Positions 20,512 through 30,383 are shown, counted from the stretch's first letter. The stretch is DNA of 64,000 nt from Thermoanaerobaculia bacterium (GCA_963666565.1 OY762911.1:704001-768000); one strand, 5' to 3'. Notes: generated by a model not told the origin, from the sequence alone. A program made the numbers and translations.

Positions 20512-20808
20512 TGTATGGTCCGCCCCGCTTGTGCAAGGGCACTTTCCGGAGTTCCGGCGAGAGAGGTGTCGTTGCTTGCATGTATTCGGCCTGTTGTTGG
20601 GCGTCTCGTGGTTTCGAGCTCCCTGGCCCCGATGGAATACGCGCGCGTCGTCTCTTCTGTACACCCAGACGGCCTGTTGAATGGCCCTGCGCGGGTTCAG
20701 GCTCTCGACGCGCCGGTCCGACCTGTTTCGCCATCGCTCCGTTGTGTCCTCGCAACGACTTGGTGGGGCAATCCTCCTTGGTTGATTCGATGTGGATCGA
20801 GCCGCCTG
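20512..20808 (-). ncRNA. Candidate seek/bridge RNA region (3' non-coding region of IS copy 1)
   Basis: About 300-nt non-coding region with target-matching segments at 20688-20696 and 20662-20668. Confidence 0.6.
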
Positions 20809-21867
20809 CTACGCGGCCCGAGAGACCTTCTGCCGAGACCCGGCGAGGCGGTCGTCGCGGTACAGCTCGCCGCGGCGAAGCACCGCCCAGGCGATGCGGC
20901 CCAGCTTGTTGGCCAGTGCCACCGTGGCGACGTTCGGCCCCCGGCGCCGCTTGACGTCGAGCGCCCAGCCCTTCAGCCGCGTTCGCTCGCCCTTCGCCGC
21001 CGTGCGCAGGACCGCCCGCGCACCGTGGATCAGGAGCGAGCGCAGGTAACGGTCGCCGCGCTTGCTGATCCCGCGCAGCACCGTGCGACCCCCGGTCGAG
21101 TCCTGACGCGGCACCAAGCCCATCCAGGCCGACATCTGACGACCGCTGCTGAAAGCCCAGCCGTTGCCCACCGCCGCCACGATCGCCGTCGCCACGATCG
21201 GACCGATGCCCGGAATCGACATCAGACGCTGGCAGTGAGGGTTCTCCTTCGACTCCCGCACCAGCATCGCGGTCAGGTCCTCGACCTCCTTGTGGACCTG
21301 CATCAGAGCCTCGTACTGCATCCACAGCAGCGCGCGAAACTGACCCGGCAGCTCGCGCTCCGCGTCGCTCGCGATGTCGGGCACCGCCCGCATGACCACC
21401 GCCCGGCCCTGACGCAGCACGATCCCGTACTCGCCCAGGAATCCCCGCAACTGGTTCACCAACTGCGTGCGACGGCGAAGCGCCGCCTCCCGGCTCCGAT
21501 GAACCTGCTGAAGAGCACGCTGCTCCTTCGTCTTGTACGGCACGAAACGCATCGTCGGACGGGACACCGCCTCGCAGATCGCCTCCGCGTCGTGGTAGTC
21601 GCTCTTGTTCGACTTCACGTAAGGCCGCACGAACTGAGGACTCATCATCCGCGCGTCGTGACCCAGAGCGCTCAGCTTCTCCACCCAGTAGTGCGCGCCG
21701 CAGCTCGCCTCCATGCCCACCAGGCACGGCTCGAGCTGCACCATCAACTCCATCAGCCCCGACGCCTTCACCTGACGCTGAAACACCACCGCGCCCGACG
21801 AGTCCATCGCGCACACCTGGAACAGGCGCTTGCCCAGATCGATACCGACTCGAGTAACCTTCTTCAT
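20809..21867 (-). CDS. IS110-family DEDD recombinase/transposase
   Basis: GIDLGK, MEASCG, KSDYHDAEAI, SIPGIGP, GLVPRQDSTGG, ISKRGDRYLR, VALANK. Confidence 0.95.
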   Translation of the reverse strand: MKKVTRVGIDLGKRLFQVCAMDSSGAVVFQRQVKASGLMELMVQLEPCLVGMEASCGAHYWVEKLSALGHDARMMSPQFVRPYVKSNKSDYHDAEAICEAVSRPTMRFVPYKTKEQRALQQVHRSREAALRRRTQLVNQLRGFLGEYGIVLRQGRAVVMRAVPDIASDAERELPGQFRALLWMQYEALMQVHKEVEDLTAMLVRESKENPHCQRLMSIPGIGPIVATAIVAAVGNGWAFSSGRQMSAWMGLVPRQDSTGGRTVLRGISKRGDRYLRSLLIHGARAVLRTAAKGERTRLKGWALDVKRRRGPNVATVALANKLGRIAWAVLRRGELYRDDRLAGSRQKVSRAA

Positions 21868-21959
21868 GGTCCGTCTCCTCCCTTGTTGGTTGGGAAAAAC
21901 CCATTCTGGCCCTACAAGAGGCCGTAGAGGGCGGGGCGGACCATCCCATTACCCAGAGG

Positions 21960-22075
21960 CGACCGGAGTGCGGGTCGGAAGACCCGCGCACCCAGTGGCG
22001 GCCGGAGTGCGGGTCGGAAGACCCGCGCACCCAGTGGCGGCCGGAGTGCGGGTCGGAAGACCCGCGCACCCAGTG
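21960..22075. repeat. REP tandem array, 39-bp period
   Basis: GGAGTGCGGGTCGGAAGACCCGCGCACCCAGTGGCGGCC x3; continues the array at 20447-20511 that the IS interrupts. Confidence 0.9.
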
Positions 22076-22179
22076 AATCGAAGAAATCGCCCCGAATTCC
22101 GTCTTAGTCCTCAGAAGGTCGAGATTACCCGCCCGTTCCGGCGGACGACTCGTGCCCACACGAACGAAGGAGAACGGAA

Positions 22180-22863
22180 GTGACGGAAGCGAACGTGGAG
22201 CTACACTACCGGCATGGGGATCCCTGCCGGACACTGGAAGAAGCCGGCTTCGGGCACGGACAGGCCCGGGCGCTGGTCGACTTCATCGCCAGCCGCGAGA
22301 CCAGGTTGGTGACCGACGAAGACATGACCGCCTACGAGAAGGACGTTGCCGTCCTGAGAGGCGACTTGGCCATCCTGAAGGACGACGTCGCGGTCCTCAA
22401 GGTCGACGTCGCGGTCCTCAAGGTCGACGTCGCGGTCCTCAAGGTCGACGTCGCGGTCCTCAAGGAGGATGTCGCGGTCCTCAAGGAGGATGTCGCCGAC
22501 CTCAAGGTGAGGATGGCGGCGGTCGAAGGGCGCATCGACGGCCTCGTCATGGTCGTCGAGGGTCTCCGGCAGGAGGTCAGGGAGAGGGTCGAGGGTCTCC
22601 GGCAGGAGGTCAGGGAAAGGGTCGACGCGCTCAGGCTTGAGTTGACGGCCAAGTTCGAGGCCCTGGAGGCACGCGTCGACCGCCGCATCGGCGGCCTGGA
22701 GGCGCGGATGGACGGCCGGATGGCCAGCCTCGAGGGCAAGATGGACGGCGTTCAGGGCGAGCTCAGGACGGTCAAGTGGGTGCTCGGCTTGATTGCCGGC
22801 CTTCTGGTGGCCGTTGGCGTGCCGACCGCGGCCGCGCTGGTCCGGCTCGCCTTCTTCGCGTAG
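22180..22863 (+). CDS. Coiled-coil protein with heptad repeats and C-terminal TM anchor (DUF1640/CCDC90-like)
   Basis: LEEAGFGHGQARAL head, (LKVDVAV)n 21-bp repeats, KWVLGLIAGLLVAV TM; GGAG RBS. Confidence 0.7.
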   Translation: MTEANVELHYRHGDPCRTLEEAGFGHGQARALVDFIASRETRLVTDEDMTAYEKDVAVLRGDLAILKDDVAVLKVDVAVLKVDVAVLKVDVAVLKEDVAVLKEDVADLKVRMAAVEGRIDGLVMVVEGLRQEVRERVEGLRQEVRERVDALRLELTAKFEALEARVDRRIGGLEARMDGRMASLEGKMDGVQGELRTVKWVLGLIAGLLVAVGVPTAAALVRLAFFA

Positions 22864-23015
22864 TTCCGCGCACCCGGTGGCGGCCGGAGTGCGGGTCAGA
22901 AAGACCCGCGCACCCAGTGCCGCGCACCCGGTGGCGGCCGGAGTGCGGGTCAGAAAGACCCGCGCACCCAGTGGCGGCCGGAGTGCGGGTCGGAAGACCC
23001 GCGCACCCAGGGGTT

Positions 23016-24071
23016 TCATGTCCGCGGCGCGAACTCGTAAACGCGCTCCGGCTCGCGCAGGCGGGCGATCGAGCCGGACACCTCTCCCGCCGTCGCGGTC
23101 ACGGCGGCCCCGCCGATTTCGCAGGTCGTCTGGTCGCTCGGCACCTGCCAACGGGCGACGAGCAGGGGCGTCACGACCGGGCCAACCACCGAACAGGCGG
23201 CGATCGACGGCTTCTGGCGGGTCCAGAGGTAGCCGCCGAGCGCCGTCAGCACGTCGCCGCCGCGGCGCTCCACGAGCAGGCCGGTGCAGCGCCGGGGCAA
23301 CGCGACGAGCGGCCGGAGCGTCGCGTACAGTCCGTCGAGCGCTTCCAGGTCGCCCTCGGCAGCCCGGCGGCAGTACCGGTTCCACGCTCCGTCGCGCAGC
23401 CGAACGCCAGCCCGACTTTCGGCCGCGCGGAGCGTCTCCACGGCGCACCACGGCTGCGGGGCGTTGCCGCGCCGCTGCCGCGGGTTCCACTCGGCGGGCG
23501 CCGCCGGAGGCGCGTAGCGGCGCCAGCGGTCGTTGCGGTACCTGTGGGGAATGCCGAGCGCTTGGGCCAGGACTCCGTTCATCAGCGGCTCCACCGTGAC
23601 CGCCCCGTTCACGCGGCACCCGGTGGTCGGAATCGCCACGCCGCGGCGGGAGATGTGGCGAACCGGCGCCGTCTTCCCCGCCCACCGGATCGAGGCCGTC
23701 GTCCGCGCGTCCACCACCGTCGCCATCAGCGACCAGAGCCCGGTCAGCCGGTGCAGCCGCTTCCACGCCTCCGTGCCGCCCCCGAGCAGCGCGCCGAGCG
23801 CGGCGGCGACGTAGATCTTGTGCCCGTAAAGCGGCGACAGGAACTCGTTGTCGCCCGCCAGCTCCCAGTGCAGGTCGAGGATGCGGCCCAGGTCGTCCCA
23901 CTCGCCCCGCGCGGCCCGGAACGCCGGCGCGAAGTTCCAACTGCCGTCAGATCCCGCCCGCGGCAGCTCCAGGTCCCGGCGCGACCCCAGCCCGCACCAC
24001 GGGTTCGCCGAGCCTTCGGCGGCCTGCCAGTAGCACCCCAGGGTGGACGCGGCGTTCTGTTCGAGTCTCAT
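23016..24071 (-). CDS. Hypothetical protein
   Basis: 351-aa ORF from ATG 24071, bounded by REPs; no recognised motif. Confidence 0.5.
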   Translation of the reverse strand: MRLEQNAASTLGCYWQAAEGSANPWCGLGSRRDLELPRAGSDGSWNFAPAFRAARGEWDDLGRILDLHWELAGDNEFLSPLYGHKIYVAAALGALLGGGTEAWKRLHRLTGLWSLMATVVDARTTASIRWAGKTAPVRHISRRGVAIPTTGCRVNGAVTVEPLMNGVLAQALGIPHRYRNDRWRRYAPPAAPAEWNPRQRRGNAPQPWCAVETLRAAESRAGVRLRDGAWNRYCRRAAEGDLEALDGLYATLRPLVALPRRCTGLLVERRGGDVLTALGGYLWTRQKPSIAACSVVGPVVTPLLVARWQVPSDQTTCEIGGAAVTATAGEVSGSIARLREPERVYEFAPRT

Positions 24072-24133
24072 GGCGGAGTGCGGGTCAGAAGACCCGCGCA
24101 CCCAGTGGCGCCCGGTGGCGGCCGAATCCGTTG

Positions 24134-24616
24134 CTACCTCCCTGGGTTGAGCGTCGGCGGTCTCGACGACGATGGACTCGGGGGCTCTTCTTCCAGGGCC
24201 TGCCACACGCCCACGAACAGCAGGGCCCCTGCGAGGAGCGTCGAGCACGCGCTCGCGGTCACCATCCAACGGGGCCTGATCCACCTTGGACTGCCGGCGA
24301 CAGCCGATCCGTAGGCAGCGGCCGAGAGGATGAAGACCCCGGCAAAGGCGGCGACCGCCCCGAAGACGAACCACCACTTCGCCTGATGAGCAGAACCCGC
24401 CGTCGCAGCGCCGATGGCCACGGGAAGAGCGAGTGCGGCCGTGGCGAGAGCGGCGGGAGCGATGCGAAGTCCCGCCAAGCCCGCATTCAGGTATGCGACG
24501 GCGGTGTTGCTGTCTGGCTTCGGGAGAGCGTCTGCGAAGCGCTCTTGATCGCGAACCCCCTTGGCAGGTCCGCTGACCGGCCGAAAGGGGACCTCAACAT
24601 CCGAAGCGTCCGCCAT
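24134..24616 (-). CDS. Hypothetical membrane protein
   Basis: Three hydrophobic segments; last gene of a tight 3-gene operon. Confidence 0.55.
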   Translation of the reverse strand: MADASDVEVPFRPVSGPAKGVRDQERFADALPKPDSNTAVAYLNAGLAGLRIAPAALATAALALPVAIGAATAGSAHQAKWWFVFGAVAAFAGVFILSAAAYGSAVAGSPRWIRPRWMVTASACSTLLAGALLFVGVWQALEEEPPSPSSSRPPTLNPGR

Positions 24617-24619
24617 TCT

Positions 24620-25120
24620 CTAGGCGGCGTACTTCTTCGTCTCGATGGAGTGAAGAAGGTGCACGGCGTTCGTCAGGGCCCGCAGGGCTTCGTTGGTGCG
24701 CCGCAGCGCGTGGGCGGTGGCATGAGCGCTGGCGAAGCCGTCCCGTTGGCGCGACCGCGTCGAGGGCAGAAAGCCCTCGTCATCGTCGTCCTCGTACGTG
24801 AGCTTCCGAATCGCCGTCTCGAGTTCGGCTTGGACCACCCGCAGTTCTTCGCTCGGGCGAGCCATGCTCCTCCCGAAGTAGAAGCTGTAGTTGTTCTGGT
24901 GCACTTGCACGAGAGGGGCACTCCACGGCACTGGATCCACGGCGAAGTCCTGAACCGACGCTCGCGGAAGCTTCAGGTCGTCCAGCATCGAGCTGGAGAC
25001 TTCGTCGAGATCCCGAACCGGGCTCTCCAGGAACTCGAAGTCCCGCACCATCGGGCTTGGAGCCTCGCTGATCGGCATGAGCCGAACAGAATCTTCCGCC
25101 GCCAGTATCGTGTTCTTCAT
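24620..25120 (-). CDS. Hypothetical protein
   Basis: 166-aa ORF with GAGGAG RBS; start overlaps the upstream stop. Confidence 0.55.
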   Translation of the reverse strand: MKNTILAAEDSVRLMPISEAPSPMVRDFEFLESPVRDLDEVSSSMLDDLKLPRASVQDFAVDPVPWSAPLVQVHQNNYSFYFGRSMARPSEELRVVQAELETAIRKLTYEDDDDEGFLPSTRSRQRDGFASAHATAHALRRTNEALRALTNAVHLLHSIETKKYAA

Positions 25121-25443
25121 GGCTCCTCCTCTTTCCCGTCATCCGTCTGAACGATCTCCTGGATGCTGCGGGCCATCGCCAGCGCTTGCTCTGCTGGCAG
25201 GGACACTCTGGTGATCTGACTGGGCGTAATCGCACGGCTAGCCAGCAACTCTCTGATGTCCTCGTGCGTGTGCTCCTTCAAGGCGAGTGCGATGGGCGGG
25301 GCGAAGTAGCCGAACGTCAGCACGATCTCCGGCGCGTTCGCCTGAACGACACAGAGGTTTGCTGGATTCACCGGCGCGGTGTCCGCACCGTCCCAACTCA
25401 CCGACAACTGCATCGGTTCTGGCGTTTCGGCTTCGTTGCTCAC
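25117..25443 (-). CDS. DUF3467-like small protein
   Basis: ANLCVVQANAPEIVLTFGY...RVSLPAEQALAMARSI pattern. Confidence 0.5.
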   Translation of the reverse strand: MSNEAETPEPMQLSVSWDGADTAPVNPANLCVVQANAPEIVLTFGYFAPPIALALKEHTHEDIRELLASRAITPSQITRVSLPAEQALAMARSIQEIVQTDDGKEEEP

Positions 25444-25959
25444 GCTTGGACTCTCAAACCGCCCCCGTCCCTCGTTGCCCCAAGGCTTCCCACCCGCGCC
25501 ACTCGAGGCTGGGGGCCAGATTCGCGGCGGGAGAGTCTACCACGCTTCCGACGATCCGTGTCCTGTCACAAGGAGCATGTCTGGGGAAGCCAATCGTCAC
25601 GATTCCGCTGCTTTGATCCAAGAACGCCAGCCATGTCGAGGTTGACTGTCAACCTCCGGTAGTAGCTCGGTCCAGCCGCTCGCCACCATGCCACGGCTCC
25701 CCTTTTGCTCATTCCTGGAGTGGAACAAGGCTAGGCAGCCGCACCGGCCGTTACCGCGCTGGTCCGGCTCGTCTTCTTCGCGTAGTTCCCCGCTTCCCCC
25801 GGAGTGCGGGTCGGAAGACCCGCGCACCCAGCGGGGCGAGCGCACGGACTTCAACCGAATCGAAGAAACTGCCCCGAACTCCGTCCTAGTCCAAAGGAGG
25901 CCAAGATCGTCCGGCCGTTCCGGCGGACGACGCGAGCCCCGCGAAAGAAGGAGACGGAA

Positions 25960-26514
25960 GTGACGGAAGCGAACGTGGAGCTACACTACCGGCATGGGGA
26001 TCCCTGCCGGACACTCGAAGAAGCCGGCTTCGGGCCCGGACAGGCCCGGGCGCTGGTCGACTTCGTCGCCAGCCGCGAGAGCGGGTTGGTGACCGACGAC
26101 GACATGACCGCCTACGAGAAGGACGTTGCCGTCCTCAAGGACGACCTCGCCGACCTCAAGGTGAGGATGGCGGCGGTCGAGGGACGCATCGAGGGCCTGA
26201 TCATGGTCGTCGAGGGTCTCCGGCAGGAGGTCCGGGAGCGGGTCGACGCTCTCCGGCTTGAGATGTCGGCCAAGTTCGGGGCCCTTGAGGCACGAGTGGA
26301 CGGCCGCATGGCCTCGCTCGACGGCCGCATGGCCTCGCTCGACGGCCGCATGGCCTCGCTCGACGGCCGCATGGACGCCCTGGCGGGCAAGATGGACGGT
26401 GTAGAAGGCCAGCTCAGGACGGTGAAGTGGGTGCTCGGCATGATTGCCGGCCTCCTGGTGGCCGTTGGCGTACCGACCGCGGCCGCCCTGGTCCGGCTCG
26501 CCTTCTTCGCGTAG
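25960..26514 (+). CDS. Coiled-coil TM-anchored paralogue of 22180-22863
   Basis: Near-identical N- and C-termini; (DGRMASL)n repeats. Confidence 0.7.
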   Translation: MTEANVELHYRHGDPCRTLEEAGFGPGQARALVDFVASRESGLVTDDDMTAYEKDVAVLKDDLADLKVRMAAVEGRIEGLIMVVEGLRQEVRERVDALRLEMSAKFGALEARVDGRMASLDGRMASLDGRMASLDGRMDALAGKMDGVEGQLRTVKWVLGMIAGLLVAVGVPTAAALVRLAFFA

Positions 26515-26594
26515 TTCTTCGCTTCGCTCGGAGTGCGGGTCAGAAGACCCGCGCGCCCACTGGCCACGCGCCGGTGGGCGGCGCCGATCCAGCC

Positions 26595-27626
26595 TCAGTC
26601 GACCGGGAACGGGTTCCCCGGCACGAGGTCGGTGGCCACCGCGGCCGACGCCGAGTCGTCCGGACAGTTGATCGTGAAGCTCGTCTCGAGTCCGTCCTCG
26701 TCGAGCGACGGAATCGCGCCGTCCATCGCCGCGATCTTGAAGGTGACCGTCTGCGGATTGAGGCGGTCCGGGTCGTCGTTGGCTTTCAGGCAGCGGTTGT
26801 CGTCGGTGCCGACGGTTACCGTCCACTTGAGAACGCCCTCTTCCCGCTCGCCGGGCACCTCACCGCCGTCCGCCAGGAGCTGGACGGTCTCCACGCTGGC
26901 GTGATGCTCGATTTCCCCCCGCGCGGAGAGCGTTCGCGTGGTGATGAAGTTCTCGCCGAGGAGCCGGATGACGGCCTGCTTTCCCGGGTCGGTCCCGAGC
27001 GGCCGAATCACCTCGGAAGGGCTCACGGAGAGCCGCCAACCATCCGACGTTCCGAGGTGACAGTCGCTCGCGGACGCCGTTCCCGCCATGCCGCTGCAAC
27101 CCGGTATCGGTCTCGCCAGCACGATGCGCGGGATGATGCCGACCCGGCCCGTGGGAACGTGCTTGACGTAGGTGCCGATGCCGCCTCGCGGCGTGTCGAT
27201 TTCCAGGCCGCCCGGGTCCGTGACGTCGATCTGCTCGGCTTCGACCGCTGCCTTCGGGATGAACGCGGCGACCGCCGAGTTCACGTCGTCGTTGATCCAG
27301 TACCAGCCGCCCGGCTTCAGGTTGTCGACTTCGAGCTTGCCGGTGGTACCCGCCGGACAACTGCGCCCGTTGGCCGCGTTCAAGGCCTCGCGCACGATGC
27401 CGCCGCTGTCCGGCTGAACCCGGACGGAGATCGTCGTTCCGCCGCAGACCACGAAGAACTCGACTTCCTTCGAGCCGCCGAAGCCAGCCGTTTCACCGAC
27501 AAAGCCGCCCTCTCCCGCGAAGTACGGCGCCACCTGGCAGCGCGGGCAATCGACGGCGGCCGTCTGAGCCGCAGCCACGGCCGGAATCGCCGCCGCCAAC
27601 AGCGCGACTGGAATGATCTGCTTCAC
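26595..27626 (-). CDS. Secreted 'DGGWYW...NPFP' family protein
   Basis: GTG start after GAGGAG; signal peptide; CPRC, GEGGFVG, PGGWYWIND; C-terminal DLVPGNPFPVD. Confidence 0.8.
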   Translation of the reverse strand: MKQIIPVALLAAAIPAVAAAQTAAVDCPRCQVAPYFAGEGGFVGETAGFGGSKEVEFFVVCGGTTISVRVQPDSGGIVREALNAANGRSCPAGTTGKLEVDNLKPGGWYWINDDVNSAVAAFIPKAAVEAEQIDVTDPGGLEIDTPRGGIGTYVKHVPTGRVGIIPRIVLARPIPGCSGMAGTASASDCHLGTSDGWRLSVSPSEVIRPLGTDPGKQAVIRLLGENFITTRTLSARGEIEHHASVETVQLLADGGEVPGEREEGVLKWTVTVGTDDNRCLKANDDPDRLNPQTVTFKIAAMDGAIPSLDEDGLETSFTINCPDDSASAAVATDLVPGNPFPVD

Positions 27627-27715
27627 GACTCTTTCTCCTCCTCGGGGCTGGCGAACCGCCTCTTGGCGGAGACGGGATTCCAAGGGGCCCGAGCCCCTTT
27701 CGGCCGCGACGGCGC

Positions 27716-28678
27716 CTACGGACAGACGATCATGAAGCTCGCGCTTCCGACCTTGCCGGAGTCCGCGTTCCGCACGATGGAGGGCACGACCTGGTCGGCG
27801 CCGGTGCCCGGACCGCCGGTGCTCACGTTCACCGCGTAGGTGACGCCCGTGTAACGGGCGCCTGCCCTGGCGGCGGTCATCGCCACCGACGGCTGTCCGC
27901 GGAACGCGGTGATGCCGTCGTTCTCGGTCGAGTGGGACGCAACGTAGTGACCGCTCCCGTTGCCCCAGAGATCGGCGACGAGGACGACCGAACCCGTTCC
28001 GGCGGGCCGGGTGATGCTGCCCTTGTCGTGGATCCGCACGGTAGCCCCGGTGGTCCCGTTCGTGCTCGTCATCAGGACATTCGCCTTGCCATCTCCCAGC
28101 GCGCACGCGGTCTGCACCGGCTTGCCCGGCGACGCCGCCGTGCCGGCGCCCGAGAAGCCGCACTTCCTGGTCGGCGCCGTCGGCGGCTCCGGCAAGATGT
28201 TCGGCAGGATGCCGACGCGGCCGGTGGCCGACTCCTTCAGGTAGACCGCGCCGCTGCCCTTCGTCATCGTCACGCCGGGGCCGGCGCTCGCGATCACGGT
28301 CGGCTCGTTGCCGAGGATGTCCTTCGCCACCAAGTTGCCCACGGCCGAGTTCAGGTTGTCCGTGATCCAGTACCAGCCGCCGTCCTTCAGGCCGGCAATC
28401 TCGAGGGAACCTCCTTCCCGGTCGCAGGCCAAGCCGTTGCGATGGTTGAACAACAGCACCGCCGTGCGGCCATCGACCTGGGCTTCCCCCGTAGTACTGA
28501 CGCTGCCGCACGAAGCGACGAAGACGACCTCGCCGGCGTCCTCGGCGAGGGTTCCGATGAATCCGCCTTCGCCCCTCAACCAGGGAGCGACGTGATCGCA
28601 ACCGGAGCAACTGACGTCCTGGCCGAACGCCGCCGCCGGAATCGCGCTGAGCGCCAGCGCGAGCGTGAAGCGCCTCAT
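27716..28678 (-). CDS. Secreted 'DGGWYW' family protein (internally deleted, tail-less paralogue)
   Basis: Signal peptide, CSGCDH, GEGGFIG, DGGWYWITD; ends at IVCP. Confidence 0.8.
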   Translation of the reverse strand: MRRFTLALALSAIPAAAFGQDVSCSGCDHVAPWLRGEGGFIGTLAEDAGEVVFVASCGSVSTTGEAQVDGRTAVLLFNHRNGLACDREGGSLEIAGLKDGGWYWITDNLNSAVGNLVAKDILGNEPTVIASAGPGVTMTKGSGAVYLKESATGRVGILPNILPEPPTAPTRKCGFSGAGTAASPGKPVQTACALGDGKANVLMTSTNGTTGATVRIHDKGSITRPAGTGSVVLVADLWGNGSGHYVASHSTENDGITAFRGQPSVAMTAARAGARYTGVTYAVNVSTGGPGTGADQVVPSIVRNADSGKVGSASFMIVCP

Positions 28679-28810
28679 CGGTTCTCGTTACGCTCTCTCT
28701 GTAGGTCCTTGAAAGACGAAGCCTCCGCGCCGGGGTGTGAGCCCGACGCGGAGGCGGTACTTTCGAAGTCGTCTCTCCCCCGTTCAGCCCGGGGGAGGAA
28801 CGGCTGTCCC

Positions 28811-30013
28811 CTACTCGACGGGGAACGGGTTCTCCGGCACCAGCTCCACGCCCGTGCTGGGCGAGGCCGAGGGGCACATGATCGTGAAGCTCGCGCTTCC
28901 GACCTTGTTGGTGTCCGCGTTCCGCTCGATGGAGGGCACGACCTGGTCGGCGCCGGTCTCACCAGCCGGCATGTTCGCGGTGAGGGTGACCGTGGTGGCG
29001 TAGCTGGCCGTCTTGCTGCACACGGCCGAGTCGGCCTTGACGGTGACCGTCGCTGCGCCGGCAGCCTGGGTCCAGGAGACGCCGCGAGCGTCACCGGCAC
29101 CGTCGCCATCGACGGAGACGTCGGCGCCGGTGCCCGGACCGCCGGTGCTCACGTTCACCGCGTAGGTGACGTTCGAGTAGCGGGCGCCAGCCCTGGCAGC
29201 CGTCAGTCCCAGTCCCGGCTGTCCGCGGAGCGCGGTGACGCCATGGTTGTCGGTCGAGTGGGACGCCACGTAGTGACCGCTCCCGTTGCCCCAAAGGTCG
29301 GCGACGAGGACGACCTCACCCGAACCGGCGGGCCGGCTGATGCTGCCCTTGTCGGCGATCTGCACGGTCGCCCCGGTGATCCCGTTCGTGCTCGTCATCA
29401 GGACCATCGTCTTGCCGTCTCCCAGCGCGCACTCGGTCTGGATCGGCTTGGCCTCCGACGCGCTCGTGCCGGAGCCCGAGAAGCCGCACTTCCTGGTCGG
29501 CGCCGTCGGCGGCTCCGGCAGGATGTTCGGCAGGATGCCGACGCGGCCGCTGGCCGTCTCCTTCAAGTAGACGGCCCCGCTGCCCTTCGTCATCGTCACG
29601 CCGCTGCCGGCGCTCGCGATGTCCGTCGTGGCGTTCTTGAGGACGTCCTTGGCGACAAGACCGCCAACCGCCGAGTTCATGTCGTCGGTGATCCAGTACC
29701 AGCCGCCGTCCATGACGGGACCGATCTGGAAGGAACCGTCGTCCGAGCTGCAGGCCAGGCCGTTGTCCATGGTGAACAGGGCCGCGACCATGCCGTCGTC
29801 GTCGGCCGTGAGGTCGCCCGAGCGGGTGACGCCGCCGCAAGAGGCGACCCAGGTCACCTTTTCGGCGCCGTCGGCCGTCGCGACCAGACCGCCCTCGCCC
29901 ATGTAGACCGACACGTCGTGCGTGCAGTCCTCGCAAGAGACGATCTGACCGAAGGCCATCGCAGGAATCGCGCAGAGAACCAGCGCGATCGTGATGTGCT
30001 TCATCAGCTTCAT
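28811..30013 (-). CDS. Secreted 'DGGWYW...NPFP' family protein
   Basis: AAGGAG RBS; signal peptide; CEDCTH, DGGWYWITDD; C-terminal ELVPENPFPVE. Confidence 0.82.
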   Translation of the reverse strand: MKLMKHITIALVLCAIPAMAFGQIVSCEDCTHDVSVYMGEGGLVATADGAEKVTWVASCGGVTRSGDLTADDDGMVAALFTMDNGLACSSDDGSFQIGPVMDGGWYWITDDMNSAVGGLVAKDVLKNATTDIASAGSGVTMTKGSGAVYLKETASGRVGILPNILPEPPTAPTRKCGFSGSGTSASEAKPIQTECALGDGKTMVLMTSTNGITGATVQIADKGSISRPAGSGEVVLVADLWGNGSGHYVASHSTDNHGVTALRGQPGLGLTAARAGARYSNVTYAVNVSTGGPGTGADVSVDGDGAGDARGVSWTQAAGAATVTVKADSAVCSKTASYATTVTLTANMPAGETGADQVVPSIERNADTNKVGSASFTIMCPSASPSTGVELVPENPFPVE

Positions 30014-30383
30014 CAGTTTGTTTTCTCCTTGAGCGGCTTGCGCCGCCGTTCGTTTCGGGCCGGCTGTCCAAAGCCGGACCCAAGGTTGTTCGATCCGAAG
30101 ATCGGGCCCCGGCGGTGCGGACTGTCCGCGTTGCCGAAGCCGCTGACGTTTTCTCACTGGACGGCCGGATTCACGCTCAACCGAGCTACCTGCCGCCACC
30201 CAAGCTGATGCTGCACATCACCTCCCGCTGAAAGACTTCAAGGCCGTCTGTCCAAAGACGTGGGGTGAACCCTAGCCGAAACGGCGGTTCAGATCCAGTG
30301 GCGCCAAGACGCGAGAAGCGCGGGGCGCCGGCGGACCGGGAAACGACGTTCCATGTCGGTACGAGTTCCTCCCGAAGGGGCAC

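Larger units (their letters stand above)
20512..21951 (-). mobile_element. IS110-family, IS1111-group insertion sequence, copy 1 (1440 bp), inserted in a REP
   Basis: Subterminal inverted repeats ATGGTCCGCCCCGC; removal restores GACCCGCGCACCCAG; same length as and apparently identical to 36364-37803. Confidence 0.92.

Noticed and set aside
22075-26560. Integron cassette array with attC sites
   Set aside because: No integrase, and the flanking palindromes are the genome-wide REP without attC R-box structure.
27716-30013. Diversity-generating retroelement (TR/VR pair)
   Set aside because: No reverse transcriptase is present, the differences do not look adenine-specific, and both repeats are within full coding genes.
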